Source: Candidatus Niyogibacteria bacterium (GTDB taxonomy: Bacteria; Patescibacteriota; Minisyncoccia; HO2-45-28). From it: a DNA stretch of 64,000 nucleotides. Positions 44,782 through 53,176 of the stretch are shown piece after piece (the stretch's first letter is position 1; the number at the start of each line of letters is the position of its first letter). Both the position numbers and the translations under genes were made by a program. The notes under the pieces are model-generated. The model was not told where the DNA came from. It was given only the letters and a program-made list of their open reading frames with translations, and did no database searches. The stretch is taken from contig JACOYI010000003.1 of NCBI GenBank assembly GCA_016181935.1, forward strand, positions 35,741 through 99,740. Reading direction: 5' to 3'.

Positions 44782-44948
44782 TTGTGAGTTTGCCGTGACA
44801 AACAATTCAAAAGAACTACCGCAAAACTCATGAGTAATCTGGAAATGGTTGCCAGCTTCTGATACCCTGAAAGTAAGTTCTAATATCGTTCAAGATTTCC
44901 CGCAGGATTGAGCGCCCGTTCGAGAGACCGGGAATCCTCAAAAACAAA

Positions 44949-44975
44949 ACGCCCGCTAACAGCGGGCTACGAAGA
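44949..44975 (-). terminator. terminator hairpin GCCCGCT-AACA-GCGGGC with U-run on the minus strand
   Basis: The minus strand reads GCCCGCTGTTAGCGGGCGTTTTGTTTTTG at the 3' end of the 44967 ORF. Confidence 0.5.
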
Positions 44976-45320
44976 TGTTTTAGGGAGAGAACGAAGTTTA
45001 CGCATTGCAAAATAGTTCGTAATCGCTTTAAGAATTTCCGGCTCGTTTACAAATTTTCCGGAAGTTGTAAGATTTCTCATTGTTTCGTCAAGTTGAACCA
45101 AATCCAGTGCTGTAACAAATTGAACAAGCGACCCGACAACTCGCGGATTGTCGTTTGTCTCGATGATTTCGCCAATCGCTCTGATAAAGATAGTTCGATC
45201 CTCGCCGCCGCTTGAATCATAGAGTTCGAGGAGTGCGCCCGACCCACCCCAATCTGCATAATCGTAATCAGAGATTCCGGCAAAACATGCCAAAATTTCT
45301 GCTTGCCAATTCTTTTCCAT
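44967..45320 (-). CDS. hypothetical protein (117 aa), acidic, possible immunity/accessory protein
   Basis: Clean ORF in the island. Confidence 0.45.
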   Translation of the reverse strand: MEKNWQAEILACFAGISDYDYADWGGSGALLELYDSSGGEDRTIFIRAIGEIIETNDNPRVVGSLVQFVTALDLVQLDETMRNLTTSGKFVNEPEILKAITNYFAMRKLRSLPKTSS

Positions 45321-45445
45321 TATTTCTCCTTCTATAATTTTGTTAAGGTTCTACGTTTAAGGTTACTATCTTTTAAAACAAAAGGCGAGTTTTTAACCCC
45401 GACCGACCCCCATCAAATCATTCTCTAGAAAAGAGCGCGAAAAAG

Positions 45446-45473
45446 CCTTATGATTCTCATATTGGGTAGTTCT
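45446..45473 (+). other. highly degenerate tRNA-Ser 3'-end-like remnant (GTAGTTCTAGACTGGCTCACTCCGC)
   Basis: About 65% identical to GTAGGTTCGAATCCTACCGCCTCCGCC. It has the same spacing to the 38-nt repeat as the complete tRNA-Ser(UGA) on the left side. Confidence 0.3.
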
Positions 45474-45504
45474 AGACTGGCTCACTCCGCTTTAAGCGTA
45501 AATA

Positions 45505-45542
45505 AAAAGCAACCCCGGCTTTCGCGTAGAAGCGAAAGCGGC
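45505..45542. repeat. right copy of the 38-nt inverted repeat
   Basis: AATAAAAAGCAACCCCGGCTTTCGCGTAGAAGCGAAAG is the reverse complement of 35383 to 35418 with one mismatch. Confidence 0.8.
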
Positions 45543-45787
45543 GGCTTGCGTCTTTTTGATGCCTCCGCGATAATGGGATGACCGTGCGGGAACGGGGATC
45601 GCTTAATGATTAATCGTAGTTATAAAACATAATATGGCATTTGAAGAACCCAAGACAGGGCAGGAAGAGATGGATGAGGACAAAAGTTTTTTTAGGCAAG
45701 TAGCAGAACAGAAAGAAGAAGATGCGCGTGAGGCGCAAAAAGCGGCGGAAGCGGAAAAAGGAGACAAAAAAGCCGCGTAAAAGCAGA

Positions 45788-46108
45788 ATGCGATCATTTA
45801 TGCCGGATGATACGATCCAAGACGCGAAGACCGGTCTTGAATTTCACGCAAAAAAACTTGCGGCGCTTATCATCGTTTCGTCCATGCCGCAGAGCGTAAA
45901 AGAGGCATGGGTCGCGCTATTGCCGATCATGAAACTGCCGCAAATCGCGCGGTTCCTCGATATTCTCGAGGCGAAGTATTTGAATGAAAAAACGAAAATG
46001 GTGGATGAAACCTACAAACATGAATTGGCGGATTTTTTGCATGAAGTTGAAGAGTCGGATAACGAACGCGAACTCGCGCTGATTAAAAAGATCGATGCAT
46101 TGGCATAA
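45788..46108 (+). CDS. hypothetical protein (~106 aa)
   Basis: Start MRSFMPDD. Preceded by a possible 48-aa ORF at 45634 to 45780. Ends 2 nt before the 891-aa ORF. Confidence 0.35.
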   Translation: MRSFMPDDTIQDAKTGLEFHAKKLAALIIVSSMPQSVKEAWVALLPIMKLPQIARFLDILEAKYLNEKTKMVDETYKHELADFLHEVEESDNERELALIKKIDALA

Positions 46109-46110
46109 CT

Positions 46111-48786
46111 ATGGCGCTTGAAAATCCCGAATCAGAGGAGGGAAAGCCGCTAAAATCCGCGCTCGATATCACGAATAAACGGGCGCGGGAAGCCGCGGCC
46201 GAAACTGCCGAACAAGAGCATGAGGAAGCGGTGGTCCAACACCGGCAGGCGCCACCGTTGATGGAAAAGCCGCCGGAAGAGAAAAAAGAAGAAAAGCCGG
46301 AAACCGCTCCGGAAAAAAGAGCGGGTATGGTAGAACGTGCAAAAGGGGCATGGGAAAATTTAAAACAACTCTCACGCAAACATCCGATATGGACCGAGGC
46401 GCTCCGCACGACGGCGAGCGTTGCCGCGTCCATTGCGGGCATCCGGAGTATTTATGATGTTCCAGAATATTTTAGGGAGCGCTTTGCGGTGCGCGGATTT
46501 CGCGGAAAAGGGGGCCTCGACGCGGCAACCGAGAAACTGCTTGCCGCGCGATGGGAATTGAAAAAGGAAAAACCGGCGGAAAAGCGCGGCGAAATCAAAC
46601 ACGCGATCGCTGATCTGAATCGCCGCCTGAAAATGACGAAAGAGGGCGTGAAAAAAGGTTCGGAACAGCGAACGAAACTTGCCGAAATTTTGCGCGAGAA
46701 TCGGCTTGGAGAAAAACAAGTACGCGAAGAGCGGCAGGCGAAAGTCAAAGAAATTCTCGATAATTACACAACCACCAAGGTAACCGGCATGCAGGCGGCG
46801 CGCGAGGCAATGAACTCGGCGTTCGTGGCAACAGGCGCGTTTGCCCTGCGGCCCGTTGCATACGGGCTTATGGAAGGCGCCGAACGCTATCACCGGTTGG
46901 CAAAAGAAGCGCGAGTCAAAGGCGGCAAGGTAAGCATTGTAAAAGACGTATTGGCGCGGGGCATTACGGAAACGTTCAAGGAAGCGGTCGGAAGGGGCGA
47001 GCAAAAAACGAAATTGGAAAAAGGAATGAGCGCCGTGCGCGCGTGGGGCAAGGTCGCGCGCTATGCGGGTATCGGCGCCACATGGCGTCCGGAATCGGCA
47101 GATGAGATGATCGGGAAGGCGCTCGACGCGTTTTCCGGAAGATTGACGTTCGAGAAGATGGGGGAAAATTTCGTTGAAAATATCAATCGGCTGGGAGATA
47201 CGCTGAAAAAGCCGTTTGAATGGGGGGACGCTGAAAAAGCAGAGGTTTCTGCTCCCGCCGCTACGGGCGTTGCGGGACTTGAAGCCGAGATTTCAGGGCC
47301 CCCGCCGGTCGTTGAAGCGATGACGCCGGAAGTCCCGATCGAGACCGCTGTCGAAGCGGGATTTGTCGGACATTTGGAATACCAAGGCGGAAAATCCGTT
47401 TGGAATGAGGGCGAAAAACAGCTCATCCAACGATTCAAAGAATTTAAAACATTGGGCGGTGAGCGTTCATACATGGCCGATGCGCTCAAAACGTACAACA
47501 TTGACCGTATCAAAGACACGATCGCCGAAAATCCCGAAAAGTACGGTCTTTTGGCAAAAGATGCGAATATTGTGACCGCCGAGCAATTGAAGGGCGTCCA
47601 TTGGGATCAGGCGTTTGAGGATACATTCGGAAAATCGGGGCTCACGAAAGAATTGACGCCGGAACAGATCGAGGGGGTTTTGCGGAGTAATTTGTCGATG
47701 AAGGCGGCGCTTGCTCAAAGTGTTGCGGCGCACGAGGCCGCGCCGTTGATGCCCGCAGCAGAGGTTGCGGGGCCATTGCCGGAGCAGTTGGAATACCCGC
47801 CTCCGAATCCGGATGCGTTCGTTCGCGAACAGGAATTGGTGGATATCCGTTCGGTCGAAGGAGAATCGGGTCTTACGGTGCGCGACTATATTGTGACGCG
47901 GCGGGAATCGGTTGTGGGCGGGATGCGGATCGAGGAAGGAGTCGCGGAAGCGCCATCCGGCCTCAAACAATTCAAAGTGGCCGCGTTATGGAATGAAAAA
48001 GCAAACGAGTGGAACGGCGAACCCGTGGAAATTTTGGATCCGTACGGGAAAACCGATGCGCTTCCGAATGCGGAGCGGGTAGCGACGCTGGATACGGAGG
48101 CGCAACAGGTCATTGCAGACCGGAATCGGGATTTCGGGGAGGCGGAGAAAAATATCATTACCGCGCGCCAAACCGCGTTCGGGACGACCGCGGAAGCGGA
48201 GCGCGCAACATTCGAGCGCCTTACGAAAGATTGGGGCATCGAGCGCGACCGATGGGCATCGGAAGATCCTCTTGAATTTTGGAGAAAAAATCCGGCGCTT
48301 GATACAAAAACCCTTGAAAATATCTTTTTTGTCAATCGGATGTCCGGAAATACGTTGGATTGCGAAGTGATCAAAAAATACATCGATAGCGGTTTTCTTC
48401 CGAAAATTCAGGAAACGCTATCGTTGCCGCAAGCAATGGACCTCGTTAAAATTTTGGAATATCCGGAATCGGCAAAAGTTCCGGTGCTGAATGTCATTGG
48501 CGAAGGGTGGCGGGAGAGCGGGCTTTTTTCGGATGTTGAATGGGAAGTAAAAGACGGTAATCTGAAGATCTCATTCGATGTAAAAAACAATCCGGTGGAT
48601 GTGGATCTGTGGATTTCGCGCGACGGCACGATGGCAGTGGATGGCCACGGCATGCGGAATTGGCATCTGGATAAACCGGCGCCGGTATCGGATGTGAATC
48701 TCAAAGAAGCAATGGATTTTATTGTGCGAAAAGACGGGAAAGGCGCGGTGGCGATCCAGCCGGCGAGCGCCGGCCGAGGCCGTTAA
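46111..48786 (+). CDS. large hypothetical protein (891 aa), charged/alanine-rich, no recognised domains
   Basis: Long ORF with core-like GC. The antisense ORFs are junk. Confidence 0.6.
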   Translation: MALENPESEEGKPLKSALDITNKRAREAAAETAEQEHEEAVVQHRQAPPLMEKPPEEKKEEKPETAPEKRAGMVERAKGAWENLKQLSRKHPIWTEALRTTASVAASIAGIRSIYDVPEYFRERFAVRGFRGKGGLDAATEKLLAARWELKKEKPAEKRGEIKHAIADLNRRLKMTKEGVKKGSEQRTKLAEILRENRLGEKQVREERQAKVKEILDNYTTTKVTGMQAAREAMNSAFVATGAFALRPVAYGLMEGAERYHRLAKEARVKGGKVSIVKDVLARGITETFKEAVGRGEQKTKLEKGMSAVRAWGKVARYAGIGATWRPESADEMIGKALDAFSGRLTFEKMGENFVENINRLGDTLKKPFEWGDAEKAEVSAPAATGVAGLEAEISGPPPVVEAMTPEVPIETAVEAGFVGHLEYQGGKSVWNEGEKQLIQRFKEFKTLGGERSYMADALKTYNIDRIKDTIAENPEKYGLLAKDANIVTAEQLKGVHWDQAFEDTFGKSGLTKELTPEQIEGVLRSNLSMKAALAQSVAAHEAAPLMPAAEVAGPLPEQLEYPPPNPDAFVREQELVDIRSVEGESGLTVRDYIVTRRESVVGGMRIEEGVAEAPSGLKQFKVAALWNEKANEWNGEPVEILDPYGKTDALPNAERVATLDTEAQQVIADRNRDFGEAEKNIITARQTAFGTTAEAERATFERLTKDWGIERDRWASEDPLEFWRKNPALDTKTLENIFFVNRMSGNTLDCEVIKKYIDSGFLPKIQETLSLPQAMDLVKILEYPESAKVPVLNVIGEGWRESGLFSDVEWEVKDGNLKISFDVKNNPVDVDLWISRDGTMAVDGHGMRNWHLDKPAPVSDVNLKEAMDFIVRKDGKGAVAIQPASAGRGR

Positions 48787-48790
48787 ATTC

Positions 48791-48835
48791 CCCCAAGGGT
48801 AGTCCTTTTCTGACCCGCAGGACTACCCTTGGGGC
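48791..48835. repeat. REP-like palindromic element, copy 3
   Basis: CCCCAAGGGTAGTCC-TTTTCTGACCCGCA-GGACTACCCTTGGGG begins 5 nt after the stop of the 891-aa ORF. Confidence 0.8.
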
Positions 48836-48887
48836 GGATATGTAAAAACCCCCCGAGCCGGAAACGGCTCGGGGGTTGTTCGCTGCA

Positions 48888-49787
48888 TCACTTCGGCTGT
48901 GGCTTCAGCATCTCGGGGCTCAGGATGAACTGCTGGCTCGATGGCACCAGCATCACGCTGACGTTCGGCGCCAGCTTGCTCGCGAAGATGTACTGAACGA
49001 GTTGCGGCGAGAGCGACTCGGCGAGCTTTTTGTTGGCCTCGGCCTGTTTGGAGGCGGTGATCAGGATCGCTTCTCCGGCGCCGCGGGCCGTTTCGATCGC
49101 CTGATCGGCCTTGGCTTTTTCACTCGCGACCTTTTCCCGCTCTGCAAGCGCGAGCTGGCTCTGCCTCTGCTTTTCCTCGATCGCGTTCTGGAACTCCGCG
49201 CTGAAGGAGATGTTGTCGATCAGTAGATCTTGAACGGCGATCGAGTGGATCATGAGCTCGGTCGTCAGGCGTTCGCGAACCTCCTTGCGGATGGCTTCGC
49301 GATTCGGTGCGATCTGGACACTCGAATACCGGACGGTCGCATCCTTGAACGCCTGCAGGACGCGCGGGCGCACGAGGACGTCAAAGTACTCCGGGCCCAC
49401 TTCGCGGTACAGTTCCTGGATGTTCTCGGGCGAGACCTGAATGTTGATGGTGGCGGCCACGAACACGTCCTGCGTTTCGAGACTGAAAGAATCCAGCTTG
49501 TCGAACTTGTGGCCCTGCACCTGAATCGAAGCCCTGGTGATGCTTCTCCATGGCGCGACCCATTGCAGGCCGTCGCTGGTCTGGTTCACGATGGCGCCGA
49601 ATGAATAGACGATGCCCACGTGGCCGGCCGGAACTTGGTAGGCCGAGTTCCAGCCGGTCCACAGAAGGGCCGTGACCGCGGCGACCCACAACGCGATGCT
49701 CCGCGGAAACGGCGCGCGCGTTCCGGCGGTAGTGGCGTAAAGCACGCCGCCCACCATGACGAAAAGGACAGAGATGAGGTAGCCCAT
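48888..49787 (-). CDS. SPFH/band 7 domain protein (HflC/prohibitin-like)
   Basis: N-terminal TM segment, PAGHVGIVYSFG, coiled-coil C-terminus. Confidence 0.8.
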   Translation of the reverse strand: MGYLISVLFVMVGGVLYATTAGTRAPFPRSIALWVAAVTALLWTGWNSAYQVPAGHVGIVYSFGAIVNQTSDGLQWVAPWRSITRASIQVQGHKFDKLDSFSLETQDVFVAATINIQVSPENIQELYREVGPEYFDVLVRPRVLQAFKDATVRYSSVQIAPNREAIRKEVRERLTTELMIHSIAVQDLLIDNISFSAEFQNAIEEKQRQSQLALAEREKVASEKAKADQAIETARGAGEAILITASKQAEANKKLAESLSPQLVQYIFASKLAPNVSVMLVPSSQQFILSPEMLKPQPK

Positions 49788-49892
49788 GGCATTTTCCTTT
49801 TTGAAAGGTGCCGCTGCATTCCCGCAGCTGGGGTGTCGCTTGGCGCGACTCTGGAAAGAACTAACTTCTTATACCTTAAAAGGATTATTTTG

Positions 49893-50528
49893 TCAACTAT
49901 GCGCGACGACGGCGCCGATGACGGTCTGGGCGCCGGATTTTTTTAATGCGCGCGCGGCTTCGATGAGCGTCGCGCCGGTGGTGGAAATGTCGTCCACGAT
50001 AATGACGGTTTTTTGCGGAATATGATCACCCCGCGCCGCAAACGCGCCGCGCAAATTTTTCAATCGTTCGTTGCGCTTGAGCGTTGATTGCGGCGGCGTT
50101 TCGCGGATTTTAACAAGCGCATCCGCAAATGGCAGATTCAACTGCGCCGCGAGCGCGCGTCCCAACAGTTCGGCTTGATTGAATCCGCGCTCGTGCCGGC
50201 GCGCGGCGGTTGTAGGGATTGCGACGATTTCGGTATCGCGAGGATTTTTTTTGAGCGCATCCGCGAGTAATTCCGCAAGCGCCGAAGCAATGTCGCGCGA
50301 ACCGCGGTACTTCAATTGTTTGAGCGCTCGTTTAATGCCGTCGTTTTGGTATGGAATGCAGGCATAAACCTGCATTCCGGCGTCTAGCCGATAGGTTTGC
50401 GGCGTACATTGCGAAGCGCAGGCGGTGCATATATAAGAACCGCTCCCTCCGCACCCGAAACAGAAACGCGGAAAGAGTATTTGGGCGCAAAAATCCCACA
50501 TTTTGTGGATAAGTCGAAGTCCTTGCAT
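49893..50528 (-). CDS. comF: ComF family phosphoribosyltransferase (competence protein ComFC-like)
   Basis: N-terminal CxxC...CxxC zinc finger followed by the PRTase motif VIIVDDISTTGATL. Confidence 0.75.
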   Translation of the reverse strand: MQGLRLIHKMWDFCAQILFPRFCFGCGGSGSYICTACASQCTPQTYRLDAGMQVYACIPYQNDGIKRALKQLKYRGSRDIASALAELLADALKKNPRDTEIVAIPTTAARRHERGFNQAELLGRALAAQLNLPFADALVKIRETPPQSTLKRNERLKNLRGAFAARGDHIPQKTVIIVDDISTTGATLIEAARALKKSGAQTVIGAVVAHS

Positions 50529-50572
50529 GTTATTGTATGATACGCTGAATACAGGCGACGGCCTACGCATGC

Positions 50573-51706
50573 ATGCCCGACTTTTCATTCCTCAAGAATT
50601 TACCGGGTATTCCGAAGTTCCCGCCGTTTTTTAAACGCGAGTCGAGCGTGCTTGGAATTGACGTCGGTTCCTCGTCCATTAAAATCGTTCAGCTTCGCCG
50701 CGAACAAGAGCGCGCCGTGCTGGAGACCTACGGCGAACTGTCGCTCGGTCCCTACGGAAGCGTTGCCGGAGGACAAGCGGTGCGCCTGACCGAGGACAAA
50801 GCAAAAGAAGCGCTCGCCGATCTGATGCGGGAAGCGGGCGTCAAGGCGAAAAGCGCGGTCGTCGCGATACCGCTTCGCGCAAGTTTTGTAACCGTGATCG
50901 AAATGCCGCAAATGGAAAAAAAGGAATTGAAAGAGGCGGTGGAATATGAATTGCGCCGGTATATACCGGTGCCGCTCGCCGAGGTGTTGCTCGATTGGTG
51001 GGTGATTCCGGAAGGATTTGCGGTGAGCTCGGAAGAAGTGGGGGACGAGGGGCTGGTGAAAAAGAAAAAGTTCATTTCCGTACTTATTGCCGCGATCTAC
51101 AGCGATGTGATCGAAAAATACCGGTCCTTCATCACGGCGGCGGGACTGTCCATCGCCGCCTACGAGATCGAAGTGTTCAGCGCCGTGCGTTCTCTTCTCG
51201 GCAATGAATTGGCGCCGGTTCTGATCCTTGATTTCGGGGCGTCGTCCACCAAGATCGCGGTCGTGGATTACGGCATCGTGCGGATGGCGTATTCGTACGA
51301 GCACGGGTTTCAGGAATTGACCGAAAGCATTGCGCGGTCTTTGGGCGTGGATTTTGCCCGCGCCGAAGAAATGAAACGGACGATCGGTCTTTCCGATAAA
51401 CCCGAGCATCGGGAATTGCAAAACGCCATTCTGCCGACGCTCGACCTCATGTTCGTGGAAGCCGGCCGGGTGCTTCTCGATTACCGGCGCCGGACCGGAC
51501 GATCGATCACGCGTGTGATCATTCACGGCGGGGGCGCCGCACTCAAAGGGCTTCCGGAAAAGATCGCGCAGAAATTCGGCATCGAAGTGAATCTGGCGGA
51601 GCCCTTCAACCGTTTGAAATATCCGTTGCTGGTTCAGCCTGTGGTAAAAGAGGTTGGTCCGCCGTTTTCCACCGCCATCGGATTGGCGCTCCGCGGTCTT
51701 AAATAA
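50573..51706 (+). CDS. pilM: type IV pilus assembly ATPase-like protein PilM
   Basis: VLGIDVGSSSIKIV actin-like fold motif. Second ILDFGASSTK motif. Confidence 0.85.
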   Translation: MPDFSFLKNLPGIPKFPPFFKRESSVLGIDVGSSSIKIVQLRREQERAVLETYGELSLGPYGSVAGGQAVRLTEDKAKEALADLMREAGVKAKSAVVAIPLRASFVTVIEMPQMEKKELKEAVEYELRRYIPVPLAEVLLDWWVIPEGFAVSSEEVGDEGLVKKKKFISVLIAAIYSDVIEKYRSFITAAGLSIAAYEIEVFSAVRSLLGNELAPVLILDFGASSTKIAVVDYGIVRMAYSYEHGFQELTESIARSLGVDFARAEEMKRTIGLSDKPEHRELQNAILPTLDLMFVEAGRVLLDYRRRTGRSITRVIIHGGGAALKGLPEKIAQKFGIEVNLAEPFNRLKYPLLVQPVVKEVGPPFSTAIGLALRGLK

Positions 51707-51743
51707 TTTTTTAGTTTTTATATTTTAATTTTTAAATCGAAAC

Positions 51744-52328
51744 GTGCCTGTCGAACAACCCACATTCATTCCCCGAACACCGATCCCGCCGTCCGGCAGG
51801 CGGGGAACGGGTATTGGATGGTTCGTAACGTTCGGTTTTTTGGCGCTCATCGTGTCCGTTTTAATGACGGCGGGGTTATGGCTGTATCGCGGACTTTTAA
51901 TGTCGCAGATCGACGGGTACACCGAAACATTGAAACAGGTGGAAAGCGAATTCGAGCCGTCATTGATCTTAGAATTGCGCCGTACTGCGCAGGCGATCGA
52001 TGTGGGCCGCGAATTGCTGAAAAATCACGTGGCGACATCGCGCCTTTTGAAATTCATCGAAGACAATACGCTTCCCGAAACCAGTTTCTCACGGTTCATT
52101 TATAAAGACGGGACGCTCGTGCTTTCGGGTTCCGCGCGGTCGTACGCGTCTTTGGCGCAGCAAGCGCGCGTATTTGAAGAATCGCCATTCCTTGAGCGCG
52201 CGACGTTTTCGGATTTTACGCTGGGCTCGGGCGGACTCGTGAATTTCCGCGCGGAACTCGTGATCGAACCCGAGCTTATCACTTACACCGGCGCCGCGGG
52301 CGCCGCAACAACAACCCAAGGAGATTGA
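51744..52328 (+). CDS. pilN: type IV pilus assembly protein PilN-like
   Basis: N-terminal TM segment and periplasmic domain, positioned after pilM. Confidence 0.55.
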   Translation: MPVEQPTFIPRTPIPPSGRRGTGIGWFVTFGFLALIVSVLMTAGLWLYRGLLMSQIDGYTETLKQVESEFEPSLILELRRTAQAIDVGRELLKNHVATSRLLKFIEDNTLPETSFSRFIYKDGTLVLSGSARSYASLAQQARVFEESPFLERATFSDFTLGSGGLVNFRAELVIEPELITYTGAAGAATTTQGD

Positions 52329-52329
52329 T

Positions 52330-52875
52330 ATGCGTTTGATCATCGCATCATTATTGTTCGCCTCCTCGATCGCCGTATTCATATTCGGGGTGCGTCCCGT
52401 GTGGCAGGACATCGGAACATTGGGCGCAAAAAAGGATACATTCAGTACGACGATCGAGCGCATCAACGAACTTCGTCGAGCGCGCGATACGCTGATCCAA
52501 ACCTATAATTCCATTTCGCAAACCGACATCCGGCGCGTCAAAAAAATTCTGCCTGATACGCTCAATTCCGGCCTCATTCTCGTTGAATTGTCCAATCTGG
52601 CGTCGCAAAGCGGATTTTTGCTGAAAAGCACGGATGTTTCCGCAGCCGCCGGACGTTCGGGCGCTCCGGTCGTTCGCGGCGCAAACCAGCGTTTTGCCGA
52701 GGTGCAACTGAAACTCGTCGTATCGGGCCCCTATGAGCGATTCCGGTCCTTTTTGCAGAATTTAGAAAAAAACTTGCGCATCATCGATGTAACATCGCTG
52801 TCCTTTACGTCGCCGGGGCAGCCCAGCGCCTCCGTGGATTTTTCCATAGAGGCGAAAAGCTATACACAACCATAA
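52330..52875 (+). CDS. pilO: type IV pilus assembly protein PilO-like
   Basis: N-terminal TM segment and coiled-coil, in the pilMNO position. Confidence 0.55.
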   Translation: MRLIIASLLFASSIAVFIFGVRPVWQDIGTLGAKKDTFSTTIERINELRRARDTLIQTYNSISQTDIRRVKKILPDTLNSGLILVELSNLASQSGFLLKSTDVSAAAGRSGAPVVRGANQRFAEVQLKLVVSGPYERFRSFLQNLEKNLRIIDVTSLSFTSPGQPSASVDFSIEAKSYTQP

Positions 52876-52877
52876 GT

Positions 52878-53171
52878 ATGTGGAAACGAACGCTTGTTTT
52901 GGGGATCATCATCATCGGCGTAGGGGCGGCCGCGCTTTTTTGGCAGCGTTTTTTGCGTTCGCGTTCCGTAGAACCCGTGGTCCGGACGAATGGGCAGGCG
53001 GCAGGTTCGCAAGAATTGCTGACTCTGTTGGGTTCGCTCGAGGGGCTTACATTCGACACCTCATTTTTTGACGACCGTCTGTACAAAAGTTTGCAGGATT
53101 TTTCACCCGAGATTCAGGTCCCGCAAACGCGCGGGTCGCAAAATCCCTTTGTCGCGCCATCCGGCCGATAG
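52878..53171 (+). CDS. small membrane-anchored protein in pilus operon (PilP-position), hypothetical
   Basis: N-terminal TM segment, 97 aa. Confidence 0.4.
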   Translation: MWKRTLVLGIIIIGVGAAALFWQRFLRSRSVEPVVRTNGQAAGSQELLTLLGSLEGLTFDTSFFDDRLYKSLQDFSPEIQVPQTRGSQNPFVAPSGR

Positions 53172-53176
53172 CCCGT

